From NCBI GenBank assembly GCA_046757065.1, contig JBHHXL010000002.1:1-59114 (forward strand): a stretch of DNA of 59,114 nucleotides. Reading direction: 5' to 3'. Made by a program: the position numbers and the translations under genes. This document shows positions 49,624-59,073 of the stretch, one piece after another. The DNA comes from Anaerolineae bacterium (GTDB lineage Bacteria; Chloroflexota; Anaerolineae; 4572-78; JBHHXL01). Numbering within the stretch: the first letter of the stretch is position 1; every line of letters starts with the position of its first letter. Under the pieces are notes generated by a model that was given only the letters and a program-made list of their open reading frames with translations, did not search any database and was not told the DNA's origin.

Positions 49624-52600
49624 TCAACCCAGCAGGCGCGCGCTCAACTTGCGGACAAAGGAGGTATGCGCGCCAAGATCGCGGCTGAGGCGTGCCAGGT
49701 CATCACCATAGTCCAGGCGGCGGGCCAGGAAAGCAAATTCCTGGCTGTTGGCCGGGGGAACGGTCAGGTCCCAGGCGTTGCCCCGCACCACGCGCAAGGC
49801 GTTGATGAGCTGTCTCAAAAAATCGAAGGCCGCGCGCAATTGCGCGTAGTCATCGGGGGCTAGAACTCCCGCTTCTTTCAAGGCGGCCATTGCTTCGCGG
49901 GTGTTCGTTGAGCGCAGGGCCGGGTTGTGCCGGCCGTGCGTGATTTGCAGGCCCTGCACCAGGTATTCCGCATCGACCAGGCCGCCGGGGCTGTGCTTGG
50001 CGTTGATCGTGCCGCCTTTGACCAGGTGCCTGATCTGCCGCTCGCGCATGCCGCGCATAGAGGCCGCATCGAACGGTTCGTCGCTGTAGACCAGCCTGTC
50101 GCGCAGGGCCACAACCTGCCGGCCAAACGCGGCGTCGCCGGCGATGGGGCGCAGCTTGACCAGGGCCTGCCGTTCGTAGGCCCAGGCGTCGCCATCTGCC
50201 GCGAAGTAGCGGCGAAACGACTCCAGCGAAACGGCCCGGCTGCCGGCCCGGCCGTAGGGTCGCAGGCGCAGGTCTATCTCGAAGATGCCCTCCCGTTTGG
50301 CCTGGATGGCGTTGGTAACGGCCAGCACCAGCCGTTCGAAATAGTCGGTGGTGGTGATGACCTCCGGCCCCGAGGTCTGGCCGGGGCCGCCGTAGATGAA
50401 GATCAGCTCGATGTCTGAGGCGAAGCCCAGTTCTCGCCCGCCGCATTTGCCCAGGGCGCACAGGCTCAACGGGCAGGGCCGGCCATCTTCGAGCAGCGGC
50501 GCGCCGAACCGGGCGCGCAGCTCTTTATCGCCCAGAGCGTAGGCCGCCTGAACAACGACCTCCGCCAGGTCGGTCAACTCCGCCGCGAATTGCCCGAACT
50601 CGGTGATGTGCCCCAAAATCTTGCGCATATCGATGCGGAACATCTCCCGGTCCTTGAAGGCGTTTAGCGCCGCGCCCCACGTTGCGCCGTCCGGGGCCTC
50701 GGCCAGCGCTGCCTCCAGCTCGGCGGCCAACTGCCGCTTCGATTTTGCGGTCGCCAGCGCCTCCACCTCGCGCACGACCGGGAAGAGGTTGGCGTGTTGC
50801 ATGCGCAGAAAGTCGTTCCAGAGAAAGTCGCTGACGCCCAGCAGATGGGCCAGCGCGTCCAGGACGCGGGGTTGCTGCACCGAGGCCAGCTCGTCCGGCC
50901 AGTTGGGGCGGCTGAACAACCCGGCCAGAAACTGGCGAAAATGCAACAGGGCCGATTCCGGGTTGGGCGAGTGGGGCAGCAGGTGGGTGAAGTGTTTGAT
51001 CAGCACCACGGCGGCGCGCAGTTCCTGTTGCCTGGCCGGAGAGGTGATCTTTCGCCCGTTGGAATCGGTGATGTACAGCGTGTCCTGAATGCGGTCGCCG
51101 CTCGTCTCGATGGTGACCCGGACGATGTAAAGCCCGTTCAAGGCCAGGGCGTTGGTGAATTCGTACAGAAAGCCGACGGTGTCGGTGGAGTCGATGTGCA
51201 AGACCGTGCTCCGGTCCGAGCTGCGGTTATCAATTTCGATCTCGATGGGGTAAAGCCTGGGCGTTATCTGTTCAAACTGGCTCAAGGCGGCGGCGAAGCG
51301 CCGGGCCAGTTCGCCCTGCACCTGCTGTTGCTGCCGGTGTTCCAGCTTCTGCAAGAGGGCGTTCAAATCGCGGCTGTAGCCGGACCAGAATCCGGGCGGT
51401 AGCCCGCCTTTGATGGGGCGCACGGTGAAGACATCGACGATTTTGGGGCGGGCGTCGGGGCGCTTCGCTTGGGCGGGCCGGGGCCGCCGGGCCGGGGCCG
51501 CCGTCTGGGGCCTTTTCGCGGGCCGGTAGGTGAAAACATTGCCGTCGATGATGTTCAGGCCGTGGATGAACATCAGGCCGCAGATCAGCGACAACTCGCC
51601 CAGGTAGTCGTAGCCAACGATGGTAACCCGCCAGCGGCCGTCCTCAAGCGGGGCCGCCTCGACTTCGGCCAGGTTGTCAGGCTCGATCCTGGCCGCCAAC
51701 GCGGCGTGGCGCTCGATCTCTTTTTGGCTGAAGACCTCGCTGTACGAGGGGGACAGCCGGGCCAGGTGGGATTGAATGGTTGGGGATTGGGAACGGGCGG
51801 CCGGGTCCGGCTCGTCGAGGCCCAAATGCCGCTGGTAAACGGCCCGGATGGCCGCGCTGTGCTGTTCGTAGCCGGCCACGAATTTCGCCCCTGCCCCGCT
51901 CCCCTGGAAACCGAGGCGGCGGGCCAGGTGCGCCAGCTCCTCGGGGTCGGTGGGCAGGGTGTGCGTCTGGCGGTAGTGCATCATTTGCAGCCAGTGCTCG
52001 ACCGGGCGCAAGAAGGTGTACCCATCGGCCAGAACGCGGTAGTCATCTGCCGCCAGCAGCCCGCTGGCGGCGAGCTGGGCCAGCGCCTCGAGGGTGTTGG
52101 GGCTGCGCACCTCGGGGTGGGTGTCGCCGTGGGCCAGTTGCAGGTACTGGGTCACAAATTCGATGTCGCGGATGGAGCCCTGGCCGAGTTTGACCTCCCC
52201 CCATTCGCGTCCCCACTCCTGGAGATAGCTTTCGATGCGGTCCTTCATCGCCCGCACGTCGCTGCGGACCACCTCGCCGGCGGTTTCAAAGATGAGCGGC
52301 TGCACGGCTTGCAGGAAGCGCTGGCCTACCTCCTGGTCGCCGGCGATCAGGCGCGCCTTGAGCAGGGCCTGCTTCTCCCACAGGCGAGCCTGGCGGCGCA
52401 AATAGGCCAGATGCCCGTCGACCGAGGTCACCAGCGCGCCGACCTTGCCCCACGGGCGCAGGCGCATATCGACCCGGTACAGGAAGCCCTCCGCCGTGAC
52501 CCGCGTCAGGTTGTCGATCAGCCGTTCCCCAAGCCGCCGGTAGCTGTTGGCCTCCGATCCCGCCAGAAAAAGCAGGTCGATGTCGGAGCTGTAGTTCAGC

Positions 52601-53295
52601 TCCCCGCCTCCCAATTTGCCCATGCCGATCACGGCGAAGCCGTCGGGGGAGGTGTTCGACCCTTCGGCGGCGATGTCCAGGCAGGCCCGGATCAGGCCCT
52701 CGGCCAGGAGCGAGAGTTGGGCCGTGACCGTCGGCAGGTCGAGCAGGCCCAACAGGTCGCAGGCCCCGATGCGCAGCAGTTCCCAGCGCTGGAGGCGGCG
52801 CAGGGCGTCGAGCTGCTGTTCAGGATGTGCCGAACCGGCCCTGGCGACCTGAATCCCGGCCTTGAAATCCGCCGGGCTCTTGGACCTGGCCAGGTGTTGG
52901 TGCCGGACCAACCGTTCGAAATATTCGGGCGTGCGCAGCAGGATTTCGGTTAAGAACTGGCTGCCGGCGAAGAGGGTGACCAGAATCTCGATGGCGCGGG
53001 GGTTGGCCGCAAACAGGCGGAAGAGGGCCGGGCGATCCTCGACGCGGCGGGTAAACCGCTCGAGGTTGACCAGCACCCGGTCGGGGTGGGCTGCCTCGGA
53101 CAGGGCCAGTAGCAAGGCCGGCAGGGAATCGGCCAGGGCGGGCCGCGTTTCCAGATTGCCGGCCATTCTTCGCAGGGTTCCGGCGGCCCCCGCCGGATCG
53201 CGAAAGCCGATGGGCTCTAGCAAGTTCCGGGCCTCGTCAGCGGCCAATTGCTCGTCCAGGATGAGCTGGCGGACGTTTTCAACCGAATGCATCAC
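49624..53295 (-). CDS. glnE: Glutamine synthetase adenylyltransferase/adenylyl-removing enzyme (GlnE) with two internal ACT-like domains
   Basis: 1223 aa with two GlnE nucleotidyltransferase halves (GKLGGGELNYSSDIDLLF and GKCGGRELGFASDIELIF). An insert of about 250 aa holds ACT-like segments (VTIVGYDYLGELSLICGLMFIHGLNIIDGNVFT; LHIDSTDTVGFLYEFTNALALNGLYIVRVTIETSGDRIQDTLYITD). Confidence 0.9.
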   Translation of the reverse strand: MMHSVENVRQLILDEQLAADEARNLLEPIGFRDPAGAAGTLRRMAGNLETRPALADSLPALLLALSEAAHPDRVLVNLERFTRRVEDRPALFRLFAANPRAIEILVTLFAGSQFLTEILLRTPEYFERLVRHQHLARSKSPADFKAGIQVARAGSAHPEQQLDALRRLQRWELLRIGACDLLGLLDLPTVTAQLSLLAEGLIRACLDIAAEGSNTSPDGFAVIGMGKLGGGELNYSSDIDLLFLAGSEANSYRRLGERLIDNLTRVTAEGFLYRVDMRLRPWGKVGALVTSVDGHLAYLRRQARLWEKQALLKARLIAGDQEVGQRFLQAVQPLIFETAGEVVRSDVRAMKDRIESYLQEWGREWGEVKLGQGSIRDIEFVTQYLQLAHGDTHPEVRSPNTLEALAQLAASGLLAADDYRVLADGYTFLRPVEHWLQMMHYRQTHTLPTDPEELAHLARRLGFQGSGAGAKFVAGYEQHSAAIRAVYQRHLGLDEPDPAARSQSPTIQSHLARLSPSYSEVFSQKEIERHAALAARIEPDNLAEVEAAPLEDGRWRVTIVGYDYLGELSLICGLMFIHGLNIIDGNVFTYRPAKRPQTAAPARRPRPAQAKRPDARPKIVDVFTVRPIKGGLPPGFWSGYSRDLNALLQKLEHRQQQQVQGELARRFAAALSQFEQITPRLYPIEIEIDNRSSDRSTVLHIDSTDTVGFLYEFTNALALNGLYIVRVTIETSGDRIQDTLYITDSNGRKITSPARQQELRAAVVLIKHFTHLLPHSPNPESALLHFRQFLAGLFSRPNWPDELASVQQPRVLDALAHLLGVSDFLWNDFLRMQHANLFPVVREVEALATAKSKRQLAAELEAALAEAPDGATWGAALNAFKDREMFRIDMRKILGHITEFGQFAAELTDLAEVVVQAAYALGDKELRARFGAPLLEDGRPCPLSLCALGKCGGRELGFASDIELIFIYGGPGQTSGPEVITTTDYFERLVLAVTNAIQAKREGIFEIDLRLRPYGRAGSRAVSLESFRRYFAADGDAWAYERQALVKLRPIAGDAAFGRQVVALRDRLVYSDEPFDAASMRGMRERQIRHLVKGGTINAKHSPGGLVDAEYLVQGLQITHGRHNPALRSTNTREAMAALKEAGVLAPDDYAQLRAAFDFLRQLINALRVVRGNAWDLTVPPANSQEFAFLARRLDYGDDLARLSRDLGAHTSFVRKLSARLLG

Positions 53296-53371
53296 ACGGC
53301 CTCATTTTTGGGCATACAAGACCCGCCCTTCTTGCAGGTTTCGACCCCTATCGTTGCACTCGTGACTGGTG

Positions 53372-54028
53372 TCACTCTCTCTCAATTCCCCCCATCAGAT
53401 CCCTGGCTCGAGCCAGGAAAAACGCTTTCAATTCTGTCAGAGAAAAGGGTTTGATCATCCTGGGTAAAATCTCGATTTGTTCCGCTCGCTGCAAGGCAAT
53501 GGCTAACCAATAATCGTCGATGCCGAGATGTTTTTTGCGCGTTTGCTCCACCAGGCGTTCAAAAGGGATGGCTTCGTGGCAGATGAAGTACACGTCGACG
53601 AAATCCTTTGGTTCGGCCCGGTCAAACAAGGCCGAAAGTTTGTTGCAAGCCATATCGGGCAAACTGTCTACGTGTATGTGAAACGTTTCATCAACGCGGG
53701 TCGGCTCCAACCGATACGGGGTGTCTTGCCCGAAATCCATCTCGACCCGTTCGCCATCTGGTGCTTGTAGGAAACATTGCAGGTACGTGCCCAGGGTACG
53801 GGTGAAGGCGATCTCAAGCTCAAGCTGCTGAGCAATCTCTTGCATCAGGGGCGGTACTCGGGCAACAGCTGCCGGATCAGGGGTGAAGAAATCCAGATCC
53901 ACGGAATAGCGATGATAAAGGTAGTAAACCGCCAGAGCCGTACCGCCGGTCAGGTAAAAGCTATTGCTTAGAGGACTGCGGCCGATCTCCAGCAGAATGC
54001 TTTGCTGAAGCTGGGTTAGAATGTTCAT
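53372..54028 (-). CDS. AbiEii/AbiGii-family nucleotidyltransferase toxin
   Basis: 218 aa from the ATG at 54028, with FYLTGGTALAVYYLYHRYSVDLDFFTPD. Confidence 0.8.
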   Translation of the reverse strand: MNILTQLQQSILLEIGRSPLSNSFYLTGGTALAVYYLYHRYSVDLDFFTPDPAAVARVPPLMQEIAQQLELEIAFTRTLGTYLQCFLQAPDGERVEMDFGQDTPYRLEPTRVDETFHIHVDSLPDMACNKLSALFDRAEPKDFVDVYFICHEAIPFERLVEQTRKKHLGIDDYWLAIALQRAEQIEILPRMIKPFSLTELKAFFLARARDLMGGIERE

Positions 54029-54308
54029 AGCGATGTTGGATTTCAGGTAAATCGAAATACCATTCCCAAAAGCGCCGAATCTCAGGTGGTAGATTGAGGG
54101 TGGAGAAGTAAGCGTAGATCGTATCAATCCCAATGGCCTTAATGTCTTCAGCCCGCCCTCGGCTAAGCACGCGGGCGATGTACCAATGGCGAAAGGCTTC
54201 GCTCTGTTCAGCATCTGGCGGGATCTCGTATTCCCACACAAGATTGGGGTTAATGGGCAGAGGGGGCTGGGGTTCGGCAACTGGTAAATCGGACTTCTGG
54301 GTGTTCAT
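53961..54308 (-). CDS. Small upstream partner of AbiEii (putative antitoxin, non-AbiEi)
   Basis: 115 aa from the ATG at 54308. Overlaps the toxin start by 68 nt. No HTH is recognisable by eye. Confidence 0.45.
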   Translation of the reverse strand: MNTQKSDLPVAEPQPPLPINPNLVWEYEIPPDAEQSEAFRHWYIARVLSRGRAEDIKAIGIDTIYAYFSTLNLPPEIRRFWEWYFDLPEIQHRYEHSNPASAKHSAGDRPQSSKQ

Positions 54309-54393
54309 TTGTCCTTCTTCGTTTGCTCTATTTTGGTCTCGCCTGCAGGAAATTGTAATTTGAAGCGGTAGAAATGGCAAGCGAGAAAAGAGG

Positions 54394-56109
54394 TCAATCC
54401 GCGCCTGGTTTCCAGCCGTAGATCGCCACGCCCTCCTTTTCATCCCGGTAAAGCAGGCGCAGGTGCTGTTCAACGACCGGGGCGGGGGGCGCGTCCGGCA
54501 GCCGGTGGTGAACGACCACGTAATCTGCACCCTTTTCGCGTAGCAAGGTCAGGCTATCTGCTGAGGGGAAGGCCAGCATCGATTCCCGCAACCGGCTGTG
54601 ATACGGCGGAAAGAAGCCGGAATAGCCGTTGAGCATCGCCGCTTGAAAGTAGCGGCCGGCCAGCATCCAGCGGGTCGTCTGCTCGAAGTCGGCCACCCGC
54701 CCGCTCCGGGCAAAGGGCACGAGGACGACCGCCAGCGGCGAGGGTTGCTCCTTGAGCCAGGTCTGCCAGGCGGCGTCCGGCGGCGGGGGGACTTCCAGCA
54801 GGGGCAGAGGCAGGGCCAGCGTCTCGAAAATGGCAAATGAGGCGACCAAAGCTAGAGCCAGATTATTGGCGTTTTTCCGAAGAGGAGTCCGGAATTCATT
54901 CCGGACTCCTTGAAAAGCTACGGGCATTTTTGAACAGATGATCCCCAGATGGTGCAGCCCGAACCCGGCCAGCAGCGCCAGATGCAACTGCGCAAAGGCG
55001 GCAAAACGGAACGGGCTGCGCAGTTGGGCGAAGCCGGGAACGTAATGCCTGAGTAGCTGGTAGGGGGCAAATCCGGCCAGATTGAGGCGAAGTCCCAGCG
55101 AGAGCGCAAAGGCCAGGACTGCCGCCAGAGCCAGATAGGCCCTGAGCCGCTTCTGTCGCCGCCCGGCGAGGCCGGCCAGGGCCAGCGCGGTCAGGCCGAG
55201 GCCGGGGAACAGACGCTGGCCCTGGCCGCTTTGCCGCCCCAGGAAGCGGCCATACAGCAGGTTGTCATCCAGGAAAAATGTGTAATTCTCCGGCCGGGCC
55301 GATTGGTTGGTGATGGTCTTTTCGCTGCGGGCAAACCCGTAGGTTTGCAGACGCCGGCGTTGGGCCAACAGAAAAGGGCCGCTCAAGGCCAGGGCCAGCA
55401 GGCCGATGATCGCCAGCCGGCCGGCTGTGCTCCAGGTCAAGTGTCGCCGGCGCAGGTGAAACAGGAGGGCCAGGGGCAGGAACAGGAGGCTGAACAGGCC
55501 GTAGTAGGCGCAGGTGAAGAAGGTGACGGGGCTGCCCAGAGCCAGGCCGAGGCCGTTTCGCCAGGAGGCGCTCCCGGCGCGGGCCAGGAAGCGATGCAGG
55601 AACAGCAGCGACCACAGCGGCCCAAAGAGGGCCATCAGTTGCAAAACGCCCCGCTCCTGGGCCACAAAAGGCAGCGCCTGGGTCAGGAGACCGGCCAGAA
55701 GGGAGGGCCAGGACGGTAAGCCCCAGCTTCTGAGGAGCCAATAGGCGAACCAGCCGTTCAGGGTCAGAAAGAGGATGACCAGGGCATTGTAGGCCAGGGC
55801 CGGCGATCCGGAGCCCAGCCAGACCGGGGCGGCCAGCAGAGCGCTCAGCGGTTGGGTTTCGGAGAAGGCAAATGTGCCGCTCGCCGGGGCGAAGATGGGC
55901 GCGTCCCAATAGCCGGGATAGCCTTGCAGCAACTGGTCGATGTTCCATTGCAGCGTCCACAGGTTGAAGAGGGGGACGGTGCCGGACCGTTCGCTGCCGA
56001 GCGGGATGTGGTCGAGCGGGCGCAAGATCAGCGGGTAGCTTAAGACCAGGGACCCCAGGCTAAAAACCAGGAAGATGAGGATGGGCTGGCGCGGGCGCGT
56101 GTCGGTCAT
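54394..56109 (-). CDS. Large polytopic membrane protein (GT-C-like glycosyltransferase candidate)
   Basis: 571 aa with more than 10 hydrophobic helices followed by a soluble C-terminal domain. Function not established. Confidence 0.6.
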   Translation of the reverse strand: MTDTRPRQPILIFLVFSLGSLVLSYPLILRPLDHIPLGSERSGTVPLFNLWTLQWNIDQLLQGYPGYWDAPIFAPASGTFAFSETQPLSALLAAPVWLGSGSPALAYNALVILFLTLNGWFAYWLLRSWGLPSWPSLLAGLLTQALPFVAQERGVLQLMALFGPLWSLLFLHRFLARAGSASWRNGLGLALGSPVTFFTCAYYGLFSLLFLPLALLFHLRRRHLTWSTAGRLAIIGLLALALSGPFLLAQRRRLQTYGFARSEKTITNQSARPENYTFFLDDNLLYGRFLGRQSGQGQRLFPGLGLTALALAGLAGRRQKRLRAYLALAAVLAFALSLGLRLNLAGFAPYQLLRHYVPGFAQLRSPFRFAAFAQLHLALLAGFGLHHLGIICSKMPVAFQGVRNEFRTPLRKNANNLALALVASFAIFETLALPLPLLEVPPPPDAAWQTWLKEQPSPLAVVLVPFARSGRVADFEQTTRWMLAGRYFQAAMLNGYSGFFPPYHSRLRESMLAFPSADSLTLLREKGADYVVVHHRLPDAPPAPVVEQHLRLLYRDEKEGVAIYGWKPGAD

Positions 56110-56142
56110 ACGGATACACCCTCACGGGGTGTCGCGGCGGCG

Positions 56143-56304
56143 TCAGCAGCCTGGTTGGCCGTGATGGCCGCAACAGGTTGAACCGGTGCGGATTTTGATC
56201 CAGTTGTTACGCAGGATGAGCGCCAGCTTCTGCCCGAGCGGCATCGGTTGGCGCAGGTTTTCCAGGGTTTCCGGCAGAGTGCCCCGCCGTTGATCGCTGC
56301 ACAT
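56143..56304 (-). CDS. Small Cys-rich protein (53 aa) ending in CCGHHGQPGC
   Basis: AAGGAG RBS 7 nt upstream of the ATG at 56304. Lies directly upstream of the membrane protein gene. No family recognised. Confidence 0.4.
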   Translation of the reverse strand: MCSDQRRGTLPETLENLRQPMPLGQKLALILRNNWIKIRTGSTCCGHHGQPGC

Positions 56305-56421
56305 AGCGTTCTCCTTGAAAATAAATCCCCCGCTTGCGCGCAACCCTCCCCCTGTCCAGGAGGAGGGAGTCGCCATAGGCGGTGGGTGAGGGCCAAATTC
56401 TCATCACGCGCCCGGCCCCGC

Positions 56422-57276
56422 TTATTCGCCCGCCAATGCCCGGCGGCAAAAGGCGAGGCTCTGGCGCAAGTTTTGCCGCAGCCGTTCTTCTGAGTCGGCT
56501 TGCAGGCTGACCGGGTTTAGCTCCAGCGAGACCAGCCCCCCGAAGCGGTCTCCGGCCAGTTCGCTCAACAACGCGGCCAGCGGCAACGCGCCGTCGTGGG
56601 GGAGCTGGTGTTCGCGGCCATTATAGTTGGACAGGTGAACGTGGGCCACTTTATCTTTGATGGCCCGGTAAAAACCCAGCAGGTCCGCGCCCCGGGTGCC
56701 GACGTGGGTCGTATCGAGGGTCAGGTACGGAAACCGGCTCAACTGCCCGGCCCCGGCAAAATGGTACGGTTCCAGCCGGAAGGGGCCGAGCGGGCGGCAG
56801 GGCATATTTTCCACGGCGATCTTGACCGGGGTCGTGGCCTGAAATTCAGCCAGGTCCTGGGTCAGCCAGCGCCCCAATCGGCCCGGGCCGAGCAGCGGCA
56901 GGGGCAACGACACCCGCCGGGTCCGGTCGGGGGTGGTCACCGCCCCTTGCAGGCGTATCCAGCGGCCCGGCGGATGAACAACGACCGTCTGCGCCCCGAG
57001 CGCTTCGGCCAGTTCGACCGCCCGCGTGATGCGGGCCACGGGGTCACGGGGCCAGCCCTGCAAGCGCATCGAGGGAAAGGGGCTGTGCAGGGCCAGGATG
57101 GGCAGGCCGTGCCGGGCCACCAGCGTTTCCAGCCGCTTCCGGCGGTAGGTTTCCGTCCGCCAGTCGATCACTAACTCCAGGCCATCAAACCCGGCTTCGC
57201 GGGCGAAGGCCATCGCGCTATCCACGTCGAAATTATATAGGGAGCCGGTTGATAAAATGATGGGGCCGGTCGTCAT
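56422..57276 (-). CDS. Xylose-isomerase-like TIM-barrel protein
   Basis: 284 aa from the ATG at 57276, with GFDGLELVI, VVVHPPG, LDTTHVG and HLSN patterns. Confidence 0.8.
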   Translation of the reverse strand: MTTGPIILSTGSLYNFDVDSAMAFAREAGFDGLELVIDWRTETYRRKRLETLVARHGLPILALHSPFPSMRLQGWPRDPVARITRAVELAEALGAQTVVVHPPGRWIRLQGAVTTPDRTRRVSLPLPLLGPGRLGRWLTQDLAEFQATTPVKIAVENMPCRPLGPFRLEPYHFAGAGQLSRFPYLTLDTTHVGTRGADLLGFYRAIKDKVAHVHLSNYNGREHQLPHDGALPLAALLSELAGDRFGGLVSLELNPVSLQADSEERLRQNLRQSLAFCRRALAGE

Positions 57277-57387
57277 CGCAGGCTGTGCATTACAGGCCCA
57301 GGAGCGATTGAAGTTGCCGTTCAATTCTCCAGGTATGGTTAGTCAACATCGTTAACCTCATTTCTGGTGGTAATGCGGCTGTTTATA

Positions 57388-58803
57388 TTACTGTGAGATC
57401 TTCAGGTTGGCCAGGCGCGCCTGATAGTCGGCCTTTTGGATATCTGTTTCAGTCAGGTCAATAGCTTGCCGGTAGAGCGCCCGGCCGGCTTCAAGGTCGC
57501 CATTCCGCATAAGTTGATCGGCCAGCAGGGTGTAGGTGAGGGCTTTGGGGGGGAGCGAAAATGTTTTGACCTGGGCCAGTAATTCATCGGCGGAGAGCCC
57601 GGCCTGGTGGAAATAAACGATCACCCGCCGATCGATGGCGATGAGGACGGCGTTGTGTTCCCGCAACCAGGTACGCAAGCCCTGGTCCCGCTTTTGAGAG
57701 TAACTGCTCAACACAAACCAGCGCTGCTCGTGGGCCTGCAGCGCCTGCCAAATCGGCTCGCTGCGGCTGTAGGTGCCAGACGGCGCCCTGGCGGGGGGAT
57801 AGTACCGGTTGATGGCGGGCTCAGCCTTGACCGCGATGACCACGTCGTCCGGTTGGGCATTCTCCCACAGCAGTTGGCCGACTGCCCGCCAATCTTCTCT
57901 CGACTGGGTTGAATAATACCTCAGATTTTCATCGAGTTCGGCCAGCAGTAAGGGGATTAGAGCCAGCAGAAGCAGGCTGCCGGGGAGAATGCGGCCAGGA
58001 TAGTGCGGATGGTTACGCGCTCGCAGCGTTGCGCTGAATTTTAGCAGAGTTGCAGCCAGGGCATCGATGCCGTAGGCCACCAGGATCAAATAGGCTGGAA
58101 GTGTGTACAGGATGTAGCGGATGGCATAAAAGGTGCCGCGCTGGAGCAAGAAGAGGTAGATCAAGAGAATCGGCAAAAGCAGCCACCCCAACAGCAACAA
58201 GATGGCCTCCCGATCATGGCGGCCTCGTCTCCCTAACGACACCACGGCAGCCAGGAAAAAGGCGCTATGCAGAAGTAGCGTTGGCTTGTGGGTTGTGCTC
58301 AAGGGCACGAACACCTTGTCCACAAAAAAGGCTAGCCCTATAGGTGGGCCTGAACCTCTGTTCGGCTTTTCCTGCGGGGGGAGCGTGAGCGTTTCCGGTT
58401 GGCTGACCACGGTTGCAAAACGCGAGCCGACATAGTGGGTCAATGTTGCCCCAACCCTGCGGTTGAACAGACGGCGGCCAAGGGCATAAATGAGCGGCAC
58501 AGCCAACGTGCCGAAAACGAGCGCCGGGAAGCGCACCCAGGCTTCCTGCCGCCCCAGTTGCAGCCAGCCGTGCAGCAGATAGTAATCAAGGGGCATTGCC
58601 GCGTGGCGTTCCAGTTGCGGCCAGATTTGGAGAAATGGCCCCTGAGCGATGTCCAGCTCCAACAATTCGTCGTACCACAGGCTGGGCGCCCCTGAACGGT
58701 ACACGCGCAGGGCGAAGGCGAACAGGGTCAGGCCGGCGATGAAAATCAGATCAAGCCGGGGCCATCGTTTTTCTGTGGCCGACGAGATGTGTTTTGTTTC
58801 CAT
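57388..58803 (-). CDS. GT-C (family 39/83-like) membrane glycosyltransferase with C-terminal TPR-like tail
   Basis: 471 aa from the ATG at 58803. First-loop motif SLWYDELLELDIA, multiple TM helices, and a C-terminal helical repeat (GDLEAGRALYRQAIDL). Confidence 0.65.
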   Translation of the reverse strand: METKHISSATEKRWPRLDLIFIAGLTLFAFALRVYRSGAPSLWYDELLELDIAQGPFLQIWPQLERHAAMPLDYYLLHGWLQLGRQEAWVRFPALVFGTLAVPLIYALGRRLFNRRVGATLTHYVGSRFATVVSQPETLTLPPQEKPNRGSGPPIGLAFFVDKVFVPLSTTHKPTLLLHSAFFLAAVVSLGRRGRHDREAILLLLGWLLLPILLIYLFLLQRGTFYAIRYILYTLPAYLILVAYGIDALAATLLKFSATLRARNHPHYPGRILPGSLLLLALIPLLLAELDENLRYYSTQSREDWRAVGQLLWENAQPDDVVIAVKAEPAINRYYPPARAPSGTYSRSEPIWQALQAHEQRWFVLSSYSQKRDQGLRTWLREHNAVLIAIDRRVIVYFHQAGLSADELLAQVKTFSLPPKALTYTLLADQLMRNGDLEAGRALYRQAIDLTETDIQKADYQARLANLKISQ

Positions 58804-58873
58804 AATGGTTGTTATTTTTGGCAACCCTGGTCTCATAGCCCCTGGCGGGGGTGTCCCAGATTTCAGGCGAGCC

Positions 58874-58957
58874 AGGTGCGACGCACTGTTGGCTGGCACT
58901 TCAAGGGACGAAATCCGTAATCCAGGTGGTTTTTTAAACGACAAGTGCGTCGCACCT
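58874..58957. repeat. Inverted-repeat element with AGGTGCGACGCACT arms
   Basis: 58874-58887 pairs with 58944-58957. Same arm sequence as 22390-22505. Confidence 0.6.
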
Positions 58958-58966
58958 AAAGTTTAG

Positions 58967-59073
58967 GGCTCTGTGAGGAATTGTGTGGTAATGTAGGACA
59001 CGCGGAGCGTGTTAGTTTGTCCCGCACAAGCTAACAGCTTGTGCTACAAAACCCCATAAAAGCTCAAAGAGCC
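58967..59073. repeat. 107-bp structured repeat element, copy 2
   Basis: Matches 28276-28382 at 105 of 107 positions. Flanked by AAGTTTAGG on the left and AAATTTAGG on the right. Confidence 0.8.
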
